DNA of 64,000 nucleotides from Escherichia coli (GTDB lineage Bacteria; Pseudomonadota; Gammaproteobacteria; Enterobacterales; Enterobacteriaceae): NCBI RefSeq assembly GCF_044324785.1, contig NZ_CP172127.1; one strand, 5' to 3'. Shown piece by piece: positions 52,704 to 63,125 of this stretch (position 1 is its first letter; each line of letters starts with the position of its first letter). The notes under the pieces were generated by a model. It saw only the letters and a program-made list of their open reading frames with translations, ran no database searches and was not told where the DNA came from. The position numbers and the translations under genes were made by a program.

Positions 52704-53493
52704 ACTTAAAGAGCCGTTTGCCACGTTATGGCGCGGTAAAGATCCTTTTGAGGAAGTTAAAACCTTGCAGGGTGAGGTTTTTCGTGAACTGGAAACTCGC
52801 CGCACTCTGCGCTTTGAAATGGCGGGCAAAAGCTATTTTCTCAAATGGCATCGCGGCACGACCCTGAAAGAGATAATCAAAAATTTACTCTCATTACGGA
52901 TGCCAGTATTAGGCGCAGACCGCGAATGGAATGCGATTCATCGACTGCGGGATGTCGGCGTTGATACTATGTATGGGGTGGCATTCGGCGAAAAAGGCAT
53001 TAATCCGCTGACCAGAACCTCGTTTATTATAACCGAAGATCTGACACCAACCATCAGTCTGGAAGATTACTGTGCTGACTGGGCGACTAACCCTCCAGAT
53101 GTTCGCGTAAAGCGTATGCTTATTAAGCGTGTCGCGATGATGGTGCGCGATATGCATGCTGCGGGCATTAACCACCGTGACTGTTATATCTGTCATTTCC
53201 TGCTGCACTTGCCTTTTTCCGGTAAGGAAGAGGAGTTAAAAATTTCGGTAATTGACCTGCACCGGGCGCAGCTTCGCACGCGCGTTCCACGTCGTTGGCG
53301 CGATAAAGATCTTATTGGGCTTTATTTTTCTTCGATGAATATCGGCCTGACTCAGCGGGATATCTGGCGGTTTATGAAAGTGTATTTTGCCGCCCCGCTT
53401 AAAGACATTCTCAAGCAGGAACAAGGACTGCTGTCGCAAGCAGAAGCAAAAGCCACAAAAATCAGGGAAAGAACGATTAGAAAATCGTTGTAA
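52696..53493 (+). CDS. waaP: LPS core heptose(I) kinase
   Basis: 265-aa translation from [37 protein letters not shown]. Confidence 0.9.
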   Translation: MVELKEPFATLWRGKDPFEEVKTLQGEVFRELETRRTLRFEMAGKSYFLKWHRGTTLKEIIKNLLSLRMPVLGADREWNAIHRLRDVGVDTMYGVAFGEKGINPLTRTSFIITEDLTPTISLEDYCADWATNPPDVRVKRMLIKRVAMMVRDMHAAGINHRDCYICHFLLHLPFSGKEEELKISVIDLHRAQLRTRVPRRWRDKDLIGLYFSSMNIGLTQRDIWRFMKVYFAAPLKDILKQEQGLLSQAEAKATKIRERTIRKSL

Positions 53494-53535
53494 CCCGTAA
53501 CTTATTTTTGCCAAAAATTTGGATACAGAGTAAAT

Positions 53536-54543
53536 ATGTCTCAACTCAATGATAGTGACATCATCCTTTTTGAGTATAATTTTCATTATCAAAATATAAG
53601 ATCTAAAAATACTCTTGATATAGCATTTGGTATTGACAGAAATTTTCTTTTTGGATGTGGTGTAGCCATTGCATCTATTCTATTAAACAATAGCGAAATC
53701 TCTTGTGAATTTCATGTTTTCACAGATTATATCAGTGATAAAGACAAGTTATATTTTTCCGATTTAGCAAAACAATATAATTCAAGAATTAATATTTATG
53801 TTATCAATTGTGATAAGCTGAAGTCATTACCAAGCACGAAAAACTGGACTTACGCAACATATTTTCGATTTATAATTGCAGATTATTTCTATAATAAACA
53901 TGAAAAAATACTATATCTTGATGCAGATATTGCTTGCAAGGGTAGTATTAAAGAACTCTTAGATTATCAATTTTCTACTAATGAAATTGCCGCAGTTGTA
54001 GCTGAAAGAGATATTGAATGGTGGCAGAATCGAGCCTCGGTATTAACTACACCACAATTAGGTTCTGGATATTTCAATGCTGGTTTTTTGCTGATAAATA
54101 TTGATGAGTGGAATCTAAATAACATTTCGTCAAAAGCTATTGAAATGCTGCGTGACCCAGATTGGGTAAGTAAAATCACCCACCTTGATCAAGATGTACT
54201 GAATGTATTATTGAATGGTAAAGTGAAGTTTGTTTCGGGGAAATATAATACCCGATATAGTATTAACTATGAATTAAAAGACAAAGTTGATAATCCAGTT
54301 AATGATGACACCGTGTTTATACACTATGTGGGACCTACAAAACCCTGGCATGAGTGGGCTGATTATCCGGTGTCACGTAGTTTTTTGATCGCCAAAGCAG
54401 CTTCTCCGTGGTGTAAAGAAGATTTACTTAAACCTGTGAATAGCAATCAGTATCGGTATTGTGCAAAACATAAATTTAAACAAAAGCATTATATTGCAGG
54501 CATTTTTAATTATTTAAAGTATTATAAAGAAAAATGCTTCTAA
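53536..54543 (+). CDS. GT8-family LPS alpha-1,3-glucosyltransferase (WaaI/WaaO-like)
   Basis: 335-aa ORF with GT8 segments DIAFGIDRNF, LYLDADI, YFNAGFLLIN, IHYVGPTKPW; AT-rich. Confidence 0.65.
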   Translation: MSQLNDSDIILFEYNFHYQNIRSKNTLDIAFGIDRNFLFGCGVAIASILLNNSEISCEFHVFTDYISDKDKLYFSDLAKQYNSRINIYVINCDKLKSLPSTKNWTYATYFRFIIADYFYNKHEKILYLDADIACKGSIKELLDYQFSTNEIAAVVAERDIEWWQNRASVLTTPQLGSGYFNAGFLLINIDEWNLNNISSKAIEMLRDPDWVSKITHLDQDVLNVLLNGKVKFVSGKYNTRYSINYELKDKVDNPVNDDTVFIHYVGPTKPWHEWADYPVSRSFLIAKAASPWCKEDLLKPVNSNQYRYCAKHKFKQKHYIAGIFNYLKYYKEKCF

Positions 54544-54568
54544 AGATTTAAGGTTAAAATAATTCAAT

Positions 54569-55276
54569 ATGATATATAATAAAACGATAAATGGGTTGAA
54601 AGTTTTCATAAAAGATAATGATCCCTTTTATGAGCAAGTTCTGAATGACTTTTTAACTTGCAGGGTTAAAACATTAAAAGTTTTTCGTTCTATTGATGAT
54701 ACTAAAGTCATTCTTATTGACACTGCTCGTGGACCTCTTGTACTTAAAGTTTATGCGCCAAAGCATAAAATGATCGAACGTTTCTTAAAATCTTGCATAA
54801 AAAAAGATTATTATGAAAATTTAATTTATCAAACCGATCGGGTACGTGGTGAAGGCATTCAATCAATTAATGACTATTTTTTGCTTGCTGAACGTAAAAC
54901 ATTAAATTTCGCGCATTATTATATTATGCTCATTGAGTATATTGAAGGTGTCGGGTTAAATGAGTATTTGGAAATTTCTGAAGAACTGAAGGATCAATTA
55001 TCAGAATCGATAAAAGAGTTGCATCAGCATGGAATGGTGTCTGGCGATCCTCATAAAGGAAATTTTATAGTATCTGAAAAAGGTTTAAGACTAATTGACC
55101 TTTCAGGTAAAAAAACAACCGCAGTTTTAAAAGCAAAAGATCGCATTGATCTTGAACGGCACTATAATATAAAAAATGAATTGAAAGACTTTGGCTATAC
55201 ATATCTTATATTCAAAAAGAAAATTAAAAAAGCAATCAGGGATGTAAAAGTCAAACTAGGCTTGAAGAGCAAATAA
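54569..55276 (+). CDS. waaY: LPS core heptose(II) kinase
   Basis: 235-aa ORF resembling WaaY (…KVFRSIDDTKVILIDT…YIMLIEYIEG…HQHGMVSGDPHKGNF); AT-rich. Confidence 0.7.
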   Translation: MIYNKTINGLKVFIKDNDPFYEQVLNDFLTCRVKTLKVFRSIDDTKVILIDTARGPLVLKVYAPKHKMIERFLKSCIKKDYYENLIYQTDRVRGEGIQSINDYFLLAERKTLNFAHYYIMLIEYIEGVGLNEYLEISEELKDQLSESIKELHQHGMVSGDPHKGNFIVSEKGLRLIDLSGKKTTAVLKAKDRIDLERHYNIKNELKDFGYTYLIFKKKIKKAIRDVKVKLGLKSK

Positions 55277-55300
55277 TGATTATGATGAAGGGTAATTAAA

Positions 55301-56314
55301 TTGGATTTTAAACATCTTACTCAATTTAAAGATATAATTGAACTGGACAAGCGCCCCGTTAAACTTGATGAACGGGAAACGTTTAATGTCTCATGGGGTA
55401 TTGATGAGAACTACCAGGTTGGGGCTGCGATTTCAATTGCTTCAATTCTTGAAAATAATAAACAAAACAAATTTACCTTTCACATAATCGCTGATTACTT
55501 AGACAAAGAGTATATTGAATTATTATCACAATTAGCAACGAAGTATCGAACAGTAATTAAATTATATCATATTGATTCTGAGCCATTGAAGGCGCTACCT
55601 CAATCAAATATCTGGCCAGTATCTATTTATTATCGTTTGCTTTCATTTGATTATTTTTCTGCGCGATTGGATTCATTATTATATCTTGATGCTGATATCG
55701 TCTGTAAGGGTTCATTGAACGAGTTAATAGCATTAGAGTTTAAAGATGAATATGGGGCTGTGGTAATTGATGTAGATGCTATGCAAAGTAAAAGCGCTGA
55801 GCGTTTATGTAATGAGGATTTTAACGGTAGCTATTTTAACTCTGGTGTAATGTATATTAATTTACGGGAATGGTTACAACAAAGACTAACGGAGAAATTC
55901 TTTGATCTATTATCAGATGAGTCAATTATCAAAAAATTAAAGTATCCGGATCAAGATATTTTAAACTTAATGTTTTTACATCATGCTAAAATATTACCGA
56001 GAAAATATAATTGTATTTATACTATAAAGTCAGAATTTGAAGAAAAAAATAGTGAATATTACACCCAGTTTATTAATGATGAAACTGTCTTCATACATTA
56101 TACTGGTGTAACTAAGCCATGGCATGATTGGGCGGACTACGCATCTGCAGATTATTTTCGTAATATTTATAATATATCTCCATGGAGAAACATACCTTAT
56201 AAAAAAGCTGTTAAAAAACATGAGTACAAAGAAAAATATAAACACTTGCTTTACCAGAAAAAATTTCTCGATGGTGTTTTTACAGCAATTAAATATAATG
56301 TTATGAAAGGTTAA
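55301..56314 (+). CDS. GT8-family LPS alpha-glycosyltransferase (WaaJ-like)
   Basis: 337-aa ORF (TTG start) with GT8 segments FNVSWGIDENY, LYLDADIVCKG, YFNSGVMYIN, IHYTGVTKPW. Confidence 0.6.
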   Translation: MDFKHLTQFKDIIELDKRPVKLDERETFNVSWGIDENYQVGAAISIASILENNKQNKFTFHIIADYLDKEYIELLSQLATKYRTVIKLYHIDSEPLKALPQSNIWPVSIYYRLLSFDYFSARLDSLLYLDADIVCKGSLNELIALEFKDEYGAVVIDVDAMQSKSAERLCNEDFNGSYFNSGVMYINLREWLQQRLTEKFFDLLSDESIIKKLKYPDQDILNLMFLHHAKILPRKYNCIYTIKSEFEEKNSEYYTQFINDETVFIHYTGVTKPWHDWADYASADYFRNIYNISPWRNIPYKKAVKKHEYKEKYKHLLYQKKFLDGVFTAIKYNVMKG

Positions 56315-56322
56315 TATTCGAG

Positions 56323-57465
56323 ATGGTTGATAAAATAATATTTACAGTTACTCCTATTTTTTCAATTCCTCCTCGCGGAGCGGCCGCTGTTGAAACGTGG
56401 ATGTATCAGGTTGCTCAGCGTACCAATTTCCCAAATCGTATTGTTTGTATCAAGAATCCAGGATACTCAAATTACACCTTTGTTAATGATAATTGTAGTA
56501 TTCATAGGGTTGGATTCAGTCGCATATATAAGCGGTTATTTCAAAAATGGACAAGACTTGATCCTCTTCCATATTCACAGAGAATATTGAATATTGCCCA
56601 TGATTTTCCTATAACGAAAGAAAGTGTTATTGTAGTTCATAATAGCATGAAGCTATACACTCAAATTCGTAAGCGAGCTCCTCAGGCAAGAGTGGTTATT
56701 CATATGCATAATGCATTTGAACCAAAATTGCTTGAGCAAAATGTTAAAATGATAGTGCCTAGTTTATACTTGAAAAAGTATTACCAATCTTATTTAGCAA
56801 ATGCAGATATTGAGATTGTACCAAATGGAATTGATTTAGAAACCTATCAATCTACTTTTCAGCCGATCACTAGAAGCGAACTTAATATCTCCCCTGAAGA
56901 GAAAATTATTTTTTATGCTGGGCGTATCGTCCCTGATAAAGGCATATTACTGTTGATGCAATCATTCGAAAAATTGGCCGCTGCTCACAAAAATTTAAAA
57001 TTAGTTGTGATTGGTGATTATACAGAAATGAGTAAAAGTGACAAAGGTGCATATCAACACAATGTCAGGGAAATTGCAAAACGTTTGAAGGATCGTTGCA
57101 TTATGTTAGGAAGCATACCGCCTGAAAAGATGCATTGTTATTACCCACTGGCAGATTTAGTCATCATTCCTTCCCAGTTCCAGGAACCATTTTGCATGGT
57201 GGCAATTGAAGCTATGGGGGCTGGTAAGCCTGTTTTAGTGAGTACGCGTGGGGGGATGACGGAATTTGTCAAAGAAAATACTACGGGATTCCATTTAAAA
57301 GAACCTATGACTGCAGACTCTATAAGCAGCGATATTTTAAAAACGTTAGCGAATCCTGAATTAACAGCAGTTGCAAAGCAAGGTCAGGATTTTGTGTTTG
57401 ATCACTACAGTTGGGATGGCGTAACTCAAAGATTTGAAGAGGTCATTCATAATTGGTTTGAATAA
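56323..57465 (+). CDS. GT4-like LPS outer-core glycosyltransferase (WaaD/WaaK-like)
   Basis: 380-aa ORF with retaining-GT C-terminal region (EPFCMVAIEAMGAGKPVLVSTRGGMTEFV); last gene before convergent waaL. Confidence 0.55.
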   Translation: MVDKIIFTVTPIFSIPPRGAAAVETWMYQVAQRTNFPNRIVCIKNPGYSNYTFVNDNCSIHRVGFSRIYKRLFQKWTRLDPLPYSQRILNIAHDFPITKESVIVVHNSMKLYTQIRKRAPQARVVIHMHNAFEPKLLEQNVKMIVPSLYLKKYYQSYLANADIEIVPNGIDLETYQSTFQPITRSELNISPEEKIIFYAGRIVPDKGILLLMQSFEKLAAAHKNLKLVVIGDYTEMSKSDKGAYQHNVREIAKRLKDRCIMLGSIPPEKMHCYYPLADLVIIPSQFQEPFCMVAIEAMGAGKPVLVSTRGGMTEFVKENTTGFHLKEPMTADSISSDILKTLANPELTAVAKQGQDFVFDHYSWDGVTQRFEEVIHNWFE

Positions 57466-57467
57466 AT

Positions 57468-57498
57468 AAAAAGGCCGCATTATGCAGCCTTTTTTATT
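57468..57498. terminator. bidirectional terminator-like hairpin between convergent outer-core operon and waaL
   Basis: AGGCCGCAT-T-ATGCAGCCT imperfect palindrome flanked by A-run and T-run. Confidence 0.45.
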
Positions 57499-57500
57499 TT

Positions 57501-58709
57501 TTACTTGTTTTTCATTGCTAATAATAAGCCGGCGTAAACGCCTAATAAATTTGGTTCAATTTGTTCTACGTTTCCACGGATAACAAAATAACCTATAAAA
57601 GATAGTAAGATTATATAATATGCATTATATGGTGAGCGGTTTTTATTCTGGACGCCATTTTTTATACACTCTTTCAATATTGCACAGTATAGCATCATAA
57701 GACTTATCAGCCCTAATAAACCAGTGCCAAACCAGATGAATAGCGCAAAATTATGTGGCCCTATCGATTGTCTAAAGGTCCATTCTGGATAATCAACGAC
57801 ACGTTTATTATAGACATCTTTATATGCAACGTTACCGTAACCGTAACCAATAACAGGATTTTCTAATATTAGATCGAGTGCGCTGCCTTGAGTACCATTT
57901 GCATAGCGATAAGAACTATTAGTTTGTTGAAGTTTATACGTTAGCTTTGCGGTCATCTCCTTATGTGTGAAAATAACCGACAATGCAATGATGGAAACCA
58001 TTACTCCTACTAATAGTAACTTCCATTGTTTAAACATCAGAATCCATATTAATCCAATGACTAACACGGAAAGCCAGGCCCCTCTGGATAAAGTTCCTAA
58101 TATCAGAAAAATAAAAATAAAGCTTAGAACCACAAAAGAAATGCGGTATTTTGCTGATTTGATAAGCCAGAGATTTAACAATGCAGGGAATAAAAAGACC
58201 ATCGAGTCAGAAATGCTACGGTGTCTATAATCTGCGAATGGCATTATCCCTTGTTGATAGTCCTTATAATAGGCAATCAATTCAGAAAAACAGCGTAAGC
58301 CCAACGCACTAATAAATGAGAAGAAAACGATTTTTTCGACATCTTCTCTTTTCTCGTCTCTCAATATGACTGGTATTGCTATTGTGCATAGTAAAGTATT
58401 CTCAATAATAGCTTTGAAAATTTCCTTCATGCTAGCCCCTGCATCAGGGGATTGAAGAAGTGACAGCAATGCAGCAATAGTTAATATGGCAACACTACCA
58501 AAAAGAAATGTTTTAAATAGTGAGAGATAGTGTTTTGGCCGTTTGCAGAGATAGACGATTGTCGTTATTGTCATAAGAATAACAATAAGATGTTTATACC
58601 TTGTAATCCCACCCAAAAAATAGGTGGTAATGAATAAGAATACGAGAGCTCTGTTCCAGTACGCTATCCAGTTTTTTTTCTCGAGAGAGAAAAATAATGT
58701 TGAGGTCAT
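57501..58709 (-). CDS. waaL: O-antigen ligase
   Basis: 402-aa polytopic membrane protein in the waaL position of the hldD-waaF-waaC-waaL operon; AT-rich. Confidence 0.75.
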   Translation of the reverse strand: MTSTLFFSLEKKNWIAYWNRALVFLFITTYFLGGITRYKHLIVILMTITTIVYLCKRPKHYLSLFKTFLFGSVAILTIAALLSLLQSPDAGASMKEIFKAIIENTLLCTIAIPVILRDEKREDVEKIVFFSFISALGLRCFSELIAYYKDYQQGIMPFADYRHRSISDSMVFLFPALLNLWLIKSAKYRISFVVLSFIFIFLILGTLSRGAWLSVLVIGLIWILMFKQWKLLLVGVMVSIIALSVIFTHKEMTAKLTYKLQQTNSSYRYANGTQGSALDLILENPVIGYGYGNVAYKDVYNKRVVDYPEWTFRQSIGPHNFALFIWFGTGLLGLISLMMLYCAILKECIKNGVQNKNRSPYNAYYIILLSFIGYFVIRGNVEQIEPNLLGVYAGLLLAMKNK

Positions 58710-59698
58710 CTTATCTCCGATGTCAACTTATTGATTATTATTTCAAGATTTAAATTTTGAAAAACGGTTTGAGCTGGCAAATCTGCAAGAGACATACTTG
58801 TAGAACGACACTCTACTTGATTCTTCCCATACCCACCAATTAATCCCGGATCGGTTGGTCCATAAACCGTGATATTGGGTCTATCCAGTGCCGCCGTTAA
58901 ATGGCTTAACCCCGTATCCACCGACACTACAAATTTAGCCCCGGCCAGCACGCGGGCAACGCCTTCCAGACTCATCTTCGGCAATACTTCAACATAAGCA
59001 AATCCTTCCGCCAGTCGTTTCGCCCGTTCTTCCTCATGCGGCGCGCCCCACGGAAGTTTAATCCGTATTCCTGAATCAGCCAGTAAACCAATCAATTCTC
59101 GCCAGTGTTCTTCCGGCCAGTGTTTATCATCACGGGTCGTCGCATGAAGAAATACGGCATATTCGCCAGCATCTGTAGGCAGGTTCGTCAGGAAATGCTG
59201 TGCAATAGCATAATCGCCCTGGGTTTGCGGTTTGCTATAGCCCAGACTTTTGGCAAACAGTTCGCGGGTGCGTTCTACGGCGTGCTGCTGTTTTGCAATA
59301 TGATGCTTACGATTGTAAAACAGGCTGGCTAACGGTTCGCGAGCGGTTTGCCAGTCCAATCCATGCTTTACGCCATGCGCCAGACGTGTCACCAGTGCCG
59401 CGCTTTTTACCAGCCCCTGAGCGTCGATAACTGCGTCATAGTTCTCTGCTTGTAGCGCTTCACGAAACGCTTTGCGTTCAGCTTTTATGGGGGCCGAGAA
59501 CCAGGCTTTACGCCAGCGACGTATTGCCACAGGAATAACTCGCTCAACGGCAGCGTGCCAGGAAGGAATCTGTGCGAACCCTTCTTCCACCACCCAGTCA
59601 AACTTAATCCCTGGGATTGCCTGCTGGGCATCAGTGAGTGCGGGCAACGTATGGAGAACATCGCCCATCGACGATGTTTTAACGATCAAAACCCGCAT
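58706..59698 (-). CDS. waaC: LPS heptosyltransferase I
   Basis: translation MRVLIVKTSSMGDVLHTLPALTDAQQAIPGIKFDWVVEEGF; 330-aa frame overlapping waaL start by 4 nt. Confidence 0.85.
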   Translation of the reverse strand: MRVLIVKTSSMGDVLHTLPALTDAQQAIPGIKFDWVVEEGFAQIPSWHAAVERVIPVAIRRWRKAWFSAPIKAERKAFREALQAENYDAVIDAQGLVKSAALVTRLAHGVKHGLDWQTAREPLASLFYNRKHHIAKQQHAVERTRELFAKSLGYSKPQTQGDYAIAQHFLTNLPTDAGEYAVFLHATTRDDKHWPEEHWRELIGLLADSGIRIKLPWGAPHEEERAKRLAEGFAYVEVLPKMSLEGVARVLAGAKFVVSVDTGLSHLTAALDRPNITVYGPTDPGLIGGYGKNQVECRSTSMSLADLPAQTVFQNLNLEIIINKLTSEIR

Positions 59699-59701
59699 CC
59701 G

Positions 59702-60748
59702 TCAGGCTTCCTCTTGTAACAATAGTGCGTTGAGTTCTTCCAGTACGTGCTGGGGAGTAATGTCGATCAAGCTCTGGTGATAACCCTCCGCAGCGTCACC
59801 TTTACGCACTTTGTGATAGCCGGTAATCAGACGGATCACGCGCGCTTTATGGGATAGCGGTGGTGTGAAGTCCGGGCTACTCGGACCATACAGGGCAACC
59901 AGCGGACGATTGAGCGCCGCCGCAACGTGCATCAGACCAGAATCGTTAGTAACAATGGCTTTACAGGCTGCAATCAGGATAACCGCTTGATCAAGCTGTG
60001 TTTCCCCCGCCAGGTTACGACACCATGCCTGCTGCTCGGTATTCAAAGCGGCAAGAATCTCATTGCCCGCTTCATGATCTTTCGCCGAGCCAAACAGAAC
60101 CACCTGATAACCTTCATCAATCAGCTGCTTTGCCAGCTCCGCATAGTGGTAGTGTGGCCACCGTTTTGCCGGACCAAACTCCGCACCCGGGCAAAAGCCA
60201 ATCATCGGACGTTCTGATGAAAGCGAAAATTGATTACAGGTATATGATTTTTCACCTTCGCTCACCTGCAACTGCGGCCATAACAATGGCTGCGGCAGAT
60301 CTTGTGCTGTACGCATAATGCCTTTGTCATAGGCCAGCGCGACATAGCGTTCCACCATTAGCGGCCAGGCTTCTTTATCGAGCACGCGTACATCGTTGAG
60401 TAAACCGTAGCGCATCTCGCCGCGCCAGCCGGTGCGATGAGGAATACCCGCGAAGAAAGGCACTAATGCGGACTTGAAGGAGTTGGGTAAGACGTAGGCG
60501 CGGTCGTAGCGCTTTTCACGCAGACTATGACCCAGTTTGCGGCGTTCGCCGATTTCCAGCGCTCCGTGACCGAGAGGCATAGGGATAGCTTCGTTAACTT
60601 CCGGCATCCGCGATAATAATGGACGGCACCATGCCGGTGCCATCACGTCGATTATCGCCTGGGGATAGCGCGCCTGGAGCGTGCGATAGAGACTTTGCGA
60701 CATCATCATGTCGCCAACCCAAGACGGGCCGATCACCAGTATTTTCAT
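59702..60748 (-). CDS. waaF: LPS heptosyltransferase II
   Basis: 348-aa translation MKILVIGPSWVGDMMMSQSLYRTLQARYPQAIIDVMAPAW. Confidence 0.9.
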   Translation of the reverse strand: MKILVIGPSWVGDMMMSQSLYRTLQARYPQAIIDVMAPAWCRPLLSRMPEVNEAIPMPLGHGALEIGERRKLGHSLREKRYDRAYVLPNSFKSALVPFFAGIPHRTGWRGEMRYGLLNDVRVLDKEAWPLMVERYVALAYDKGIMRTAQDLPQPLLWPQLQVSEGEKSYTCNQFSLSSERPMIGFCPGAEFGPAKRWPHYHYAELAKQLIDEGYQVVLFGSAKDHEAGNEILAALNTEQQAWCRNLAGETQLDQAVILIAACKAIVTNDSGLMHVAAALNRPLVALYGPSSPDFTPPLSHKARVIRLITGYHKVRKGDAAEGYHQSLIDITPQHVLEELNALLLQEEA

Positions 60749-60757
60749 GCAGAGCTC

Positions 60758-61690
60758 TTATGCGTCGCGATTCAGCCAGGCCATGTATTCCGTTACACCT
60801 TCCGCAACGGTTTTGAACGGTTTGTCGTAACCCGCCGCGCGCAGATTTGTCAGATCTGCCTGCGTGAACGCCTGATAGCGGCCTTTCAGTTTATCCGGGA
60901 ACGGAATGTATTCGATCTGGCCTTTCTTGTGATAAGCAAGCGTTGCATCGGCTACTGCCTGGAAGGATTCTGCACGACCGGTGCCGAGGTTGAAGATGCC
61001 GGAAACGCCATTTTCCAGGAACCACAGATTCACATCAGCCACGTCGCCCACATAGACGAAGTCGCGTTTGAAGTTCTCGCTACCTTCAAACAGCTTCGGT
61101 GATTCACCGTTGTTAAGCTGGGTGTTGAGATGGAAAGCGACGCTCGCCATGCTGCCTTTATGGCCTTCACGCGGTCCATAAACGTTGAAATAACGGAATC
61201 CAACAATCTGCGAGTTGGCTTCCGGCAGGATTTGGCGAACATATTCATCAAACAGGAATTTTGAGTAACCGTAGACGTTCAACGGTTTTTCGTACTCGCG
61301 GGATTCAATAAAGTCGGAGGTGCGTCCGCCGTAGGTGGCTGCGGAAGAGGCATACAGGAACGGGATTTCGCGCTCCAGACAGTAGTGCAACAGCTCTTTG
61401 GAGTATTGATAGTTGTTATCCATCATATACTTGCCATCCCACTCGGTGGTGGAAGAGCATGCGCCCTCGTGGAAAATCGCTTCGACATCACCGAACTCTT
61501 CGCCAGCCATAATCTGGATCAGGAAGTCTTCCTTATCCATATAGTCCGCGATATTCAGATCCACCAGGTTCACAAACTTGGTGCCGTCTTTCAGGTTGTC
61601 CACCACCAGAATATCGGTGATGCCTTTATCATTCAGGGCCTTAACGATGTTGCTGCCGATAAAGCCCGCGCCGCCGGTAACGATGATCAT
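60758..61690 (-). CDS. hldD: ADP-L-glycero-D-manno-heptose 6-epimerase
   Basis: 310-aa translation [39 protein letters not shown] (Rossmann GxxGxxG). Confidence 0.9.
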
Positions 61691-61978
61691 AACTGTAACC
61701 TTCGAATTATGGAGTCAGAGACAATCTCAGACACGAATGTCTGTAATCATACCATCACATCCGAATCCCTTCAGCCCTTTACATAGAGGTGCAAGGATGC
61801 TAATTGCAACAAACTAGTTTGGGTTTTAGCGAGTCCTTCATGGCGGATGTTGGTTTTGTATGTGAATAGTGCTTTAGTATCAATATTCCGATGTATGATA
61901 AATAACGGAAGCATTTGAATGGATAATATACAGTATACATTCTGTTAATATTTATGATATAATTCTTTTTTTATATTA

Positions 61979-62851
61979 ATGGTCTTATTAGTAATGAAAT
62001 CATCCACCACAATTATCACTGCATATTTTGACATTGGTAGAGGGGATTGGACTGCTAATAAAGGGTTCCGTGAAAAACTAGCTCGTTCAGTTGATGTTTA
62101 TTTTAGTTACTTTGAGCGTCTGGCCGCACTTGAAAATGAGATGATTATTTTCACTTCTCCCGATTTGAAACCAAGGGTTGAAGCGATTCGCAACGGAAAA
62201 CCAACAACGGTTATCGTTATCGATATAAAAAAGAAATTTAGATATATCAGAAGTCGTATCGAAAAAATTCAAAAAGATGAGTCGTTTACAAATAGACTTG
62301 AGCCGCGGCAATTAAAAAACCCAGAGTACTGGTCACCAGAGTATGTATTGGTATGTAACCTTAAGGCCTATTTTGTAAATAAAGCTATCAACATGGGCTT
62401 AGTGAAAACGCCTCTTGTTGCGTGGATAGATTTTGGCTATTGCCGTAAGCCAAATGTAACTCGAGGATTGAAAATTTGGGATTTCCCATTTGATGAAAAT
62501 AAGATGCATCTTTTCACTATAAAAAAAGGGCTTACTGTCACATCTCAACAACAGGCTTTTGATTTCATGATTGGCAATCATGTATATATTATTGGTGGCG
62601 CAATTGTTGGTTCACAGCATAAATGGAAAGAATTCTATAAATTAGTTCTGGAAAGTCAAAAAATAACCCTAAACAATAACATTGTGGACGATGACCAGGG
62701 CATCTTTGTCATGTGCTATTACAAACGTTCCGATCTCTTCAACCTAAACTATCTGGGGAGAGGAAAATGGTTCGATTTGTTTCGCTGCTTCAGGAGTAAC
62801 ACTTTAGGGGCAAAAATGCAGGCGCTGAGAATTTTCCTTTCAAGAAAATAG
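61979..62851 (+). CDS. htrL: HtrL/YibB family protein
   Basis: 290-aa AT-rich ORF; translation ...SSTTIITAYFDIGRGDWTANKGFREKLARS recognised as YibB/HtrL; divergent from hldD. Confidence 0.7.
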   Translation: MVLLVMKSSTTIITAYFDIGRGDWTANKGFREKLARSVDVYFSYFERLAALENEMIIFTSPDLKPRVEAIRNGKPTTVIVIDIKKKFRYIRSRIEKIQKDESFTNRLEPRQLKNPEYWSPEYVLVCNLKAYFVNKAINMGLVKTPLVAWIDFGYCRKPNVTRGLKIWDFPFDENKMHLFTIKKGLTVTSQQQAFDFMIGNHVYIIGGAIVGSQHKWKEFYKLVLESQKITLNNNIVDDDQGIFVMCYYKRSDLFNLNYLGRGKWFDLFRCFRSNTLGAKMQALRIFLSRK

Positions 62852-63125
62852 GTTTCCCTCCATTAGTGGGTAGCGTTTTGATGCCAACTGAGATAGGAAA
62901 AATGATGCTTTGGCATCATTTTTTCTTTTTATATCAATGCAGTAAAATCGCGCATCATTATGCCCAGCCAAAACTGTACAGTTTTTCTACTATCTGTAGG
63001 TGTTGAGAGACATCAAGATACACGTTATTTATCCTGAATTTTGCAGAAGTGTTAACGCGTCATCTCGTCGCGACCTATAAGTTTGGGTAATATGTGCTGG
63101 AATTTGCCCTGTCTGGAGAATCGCA

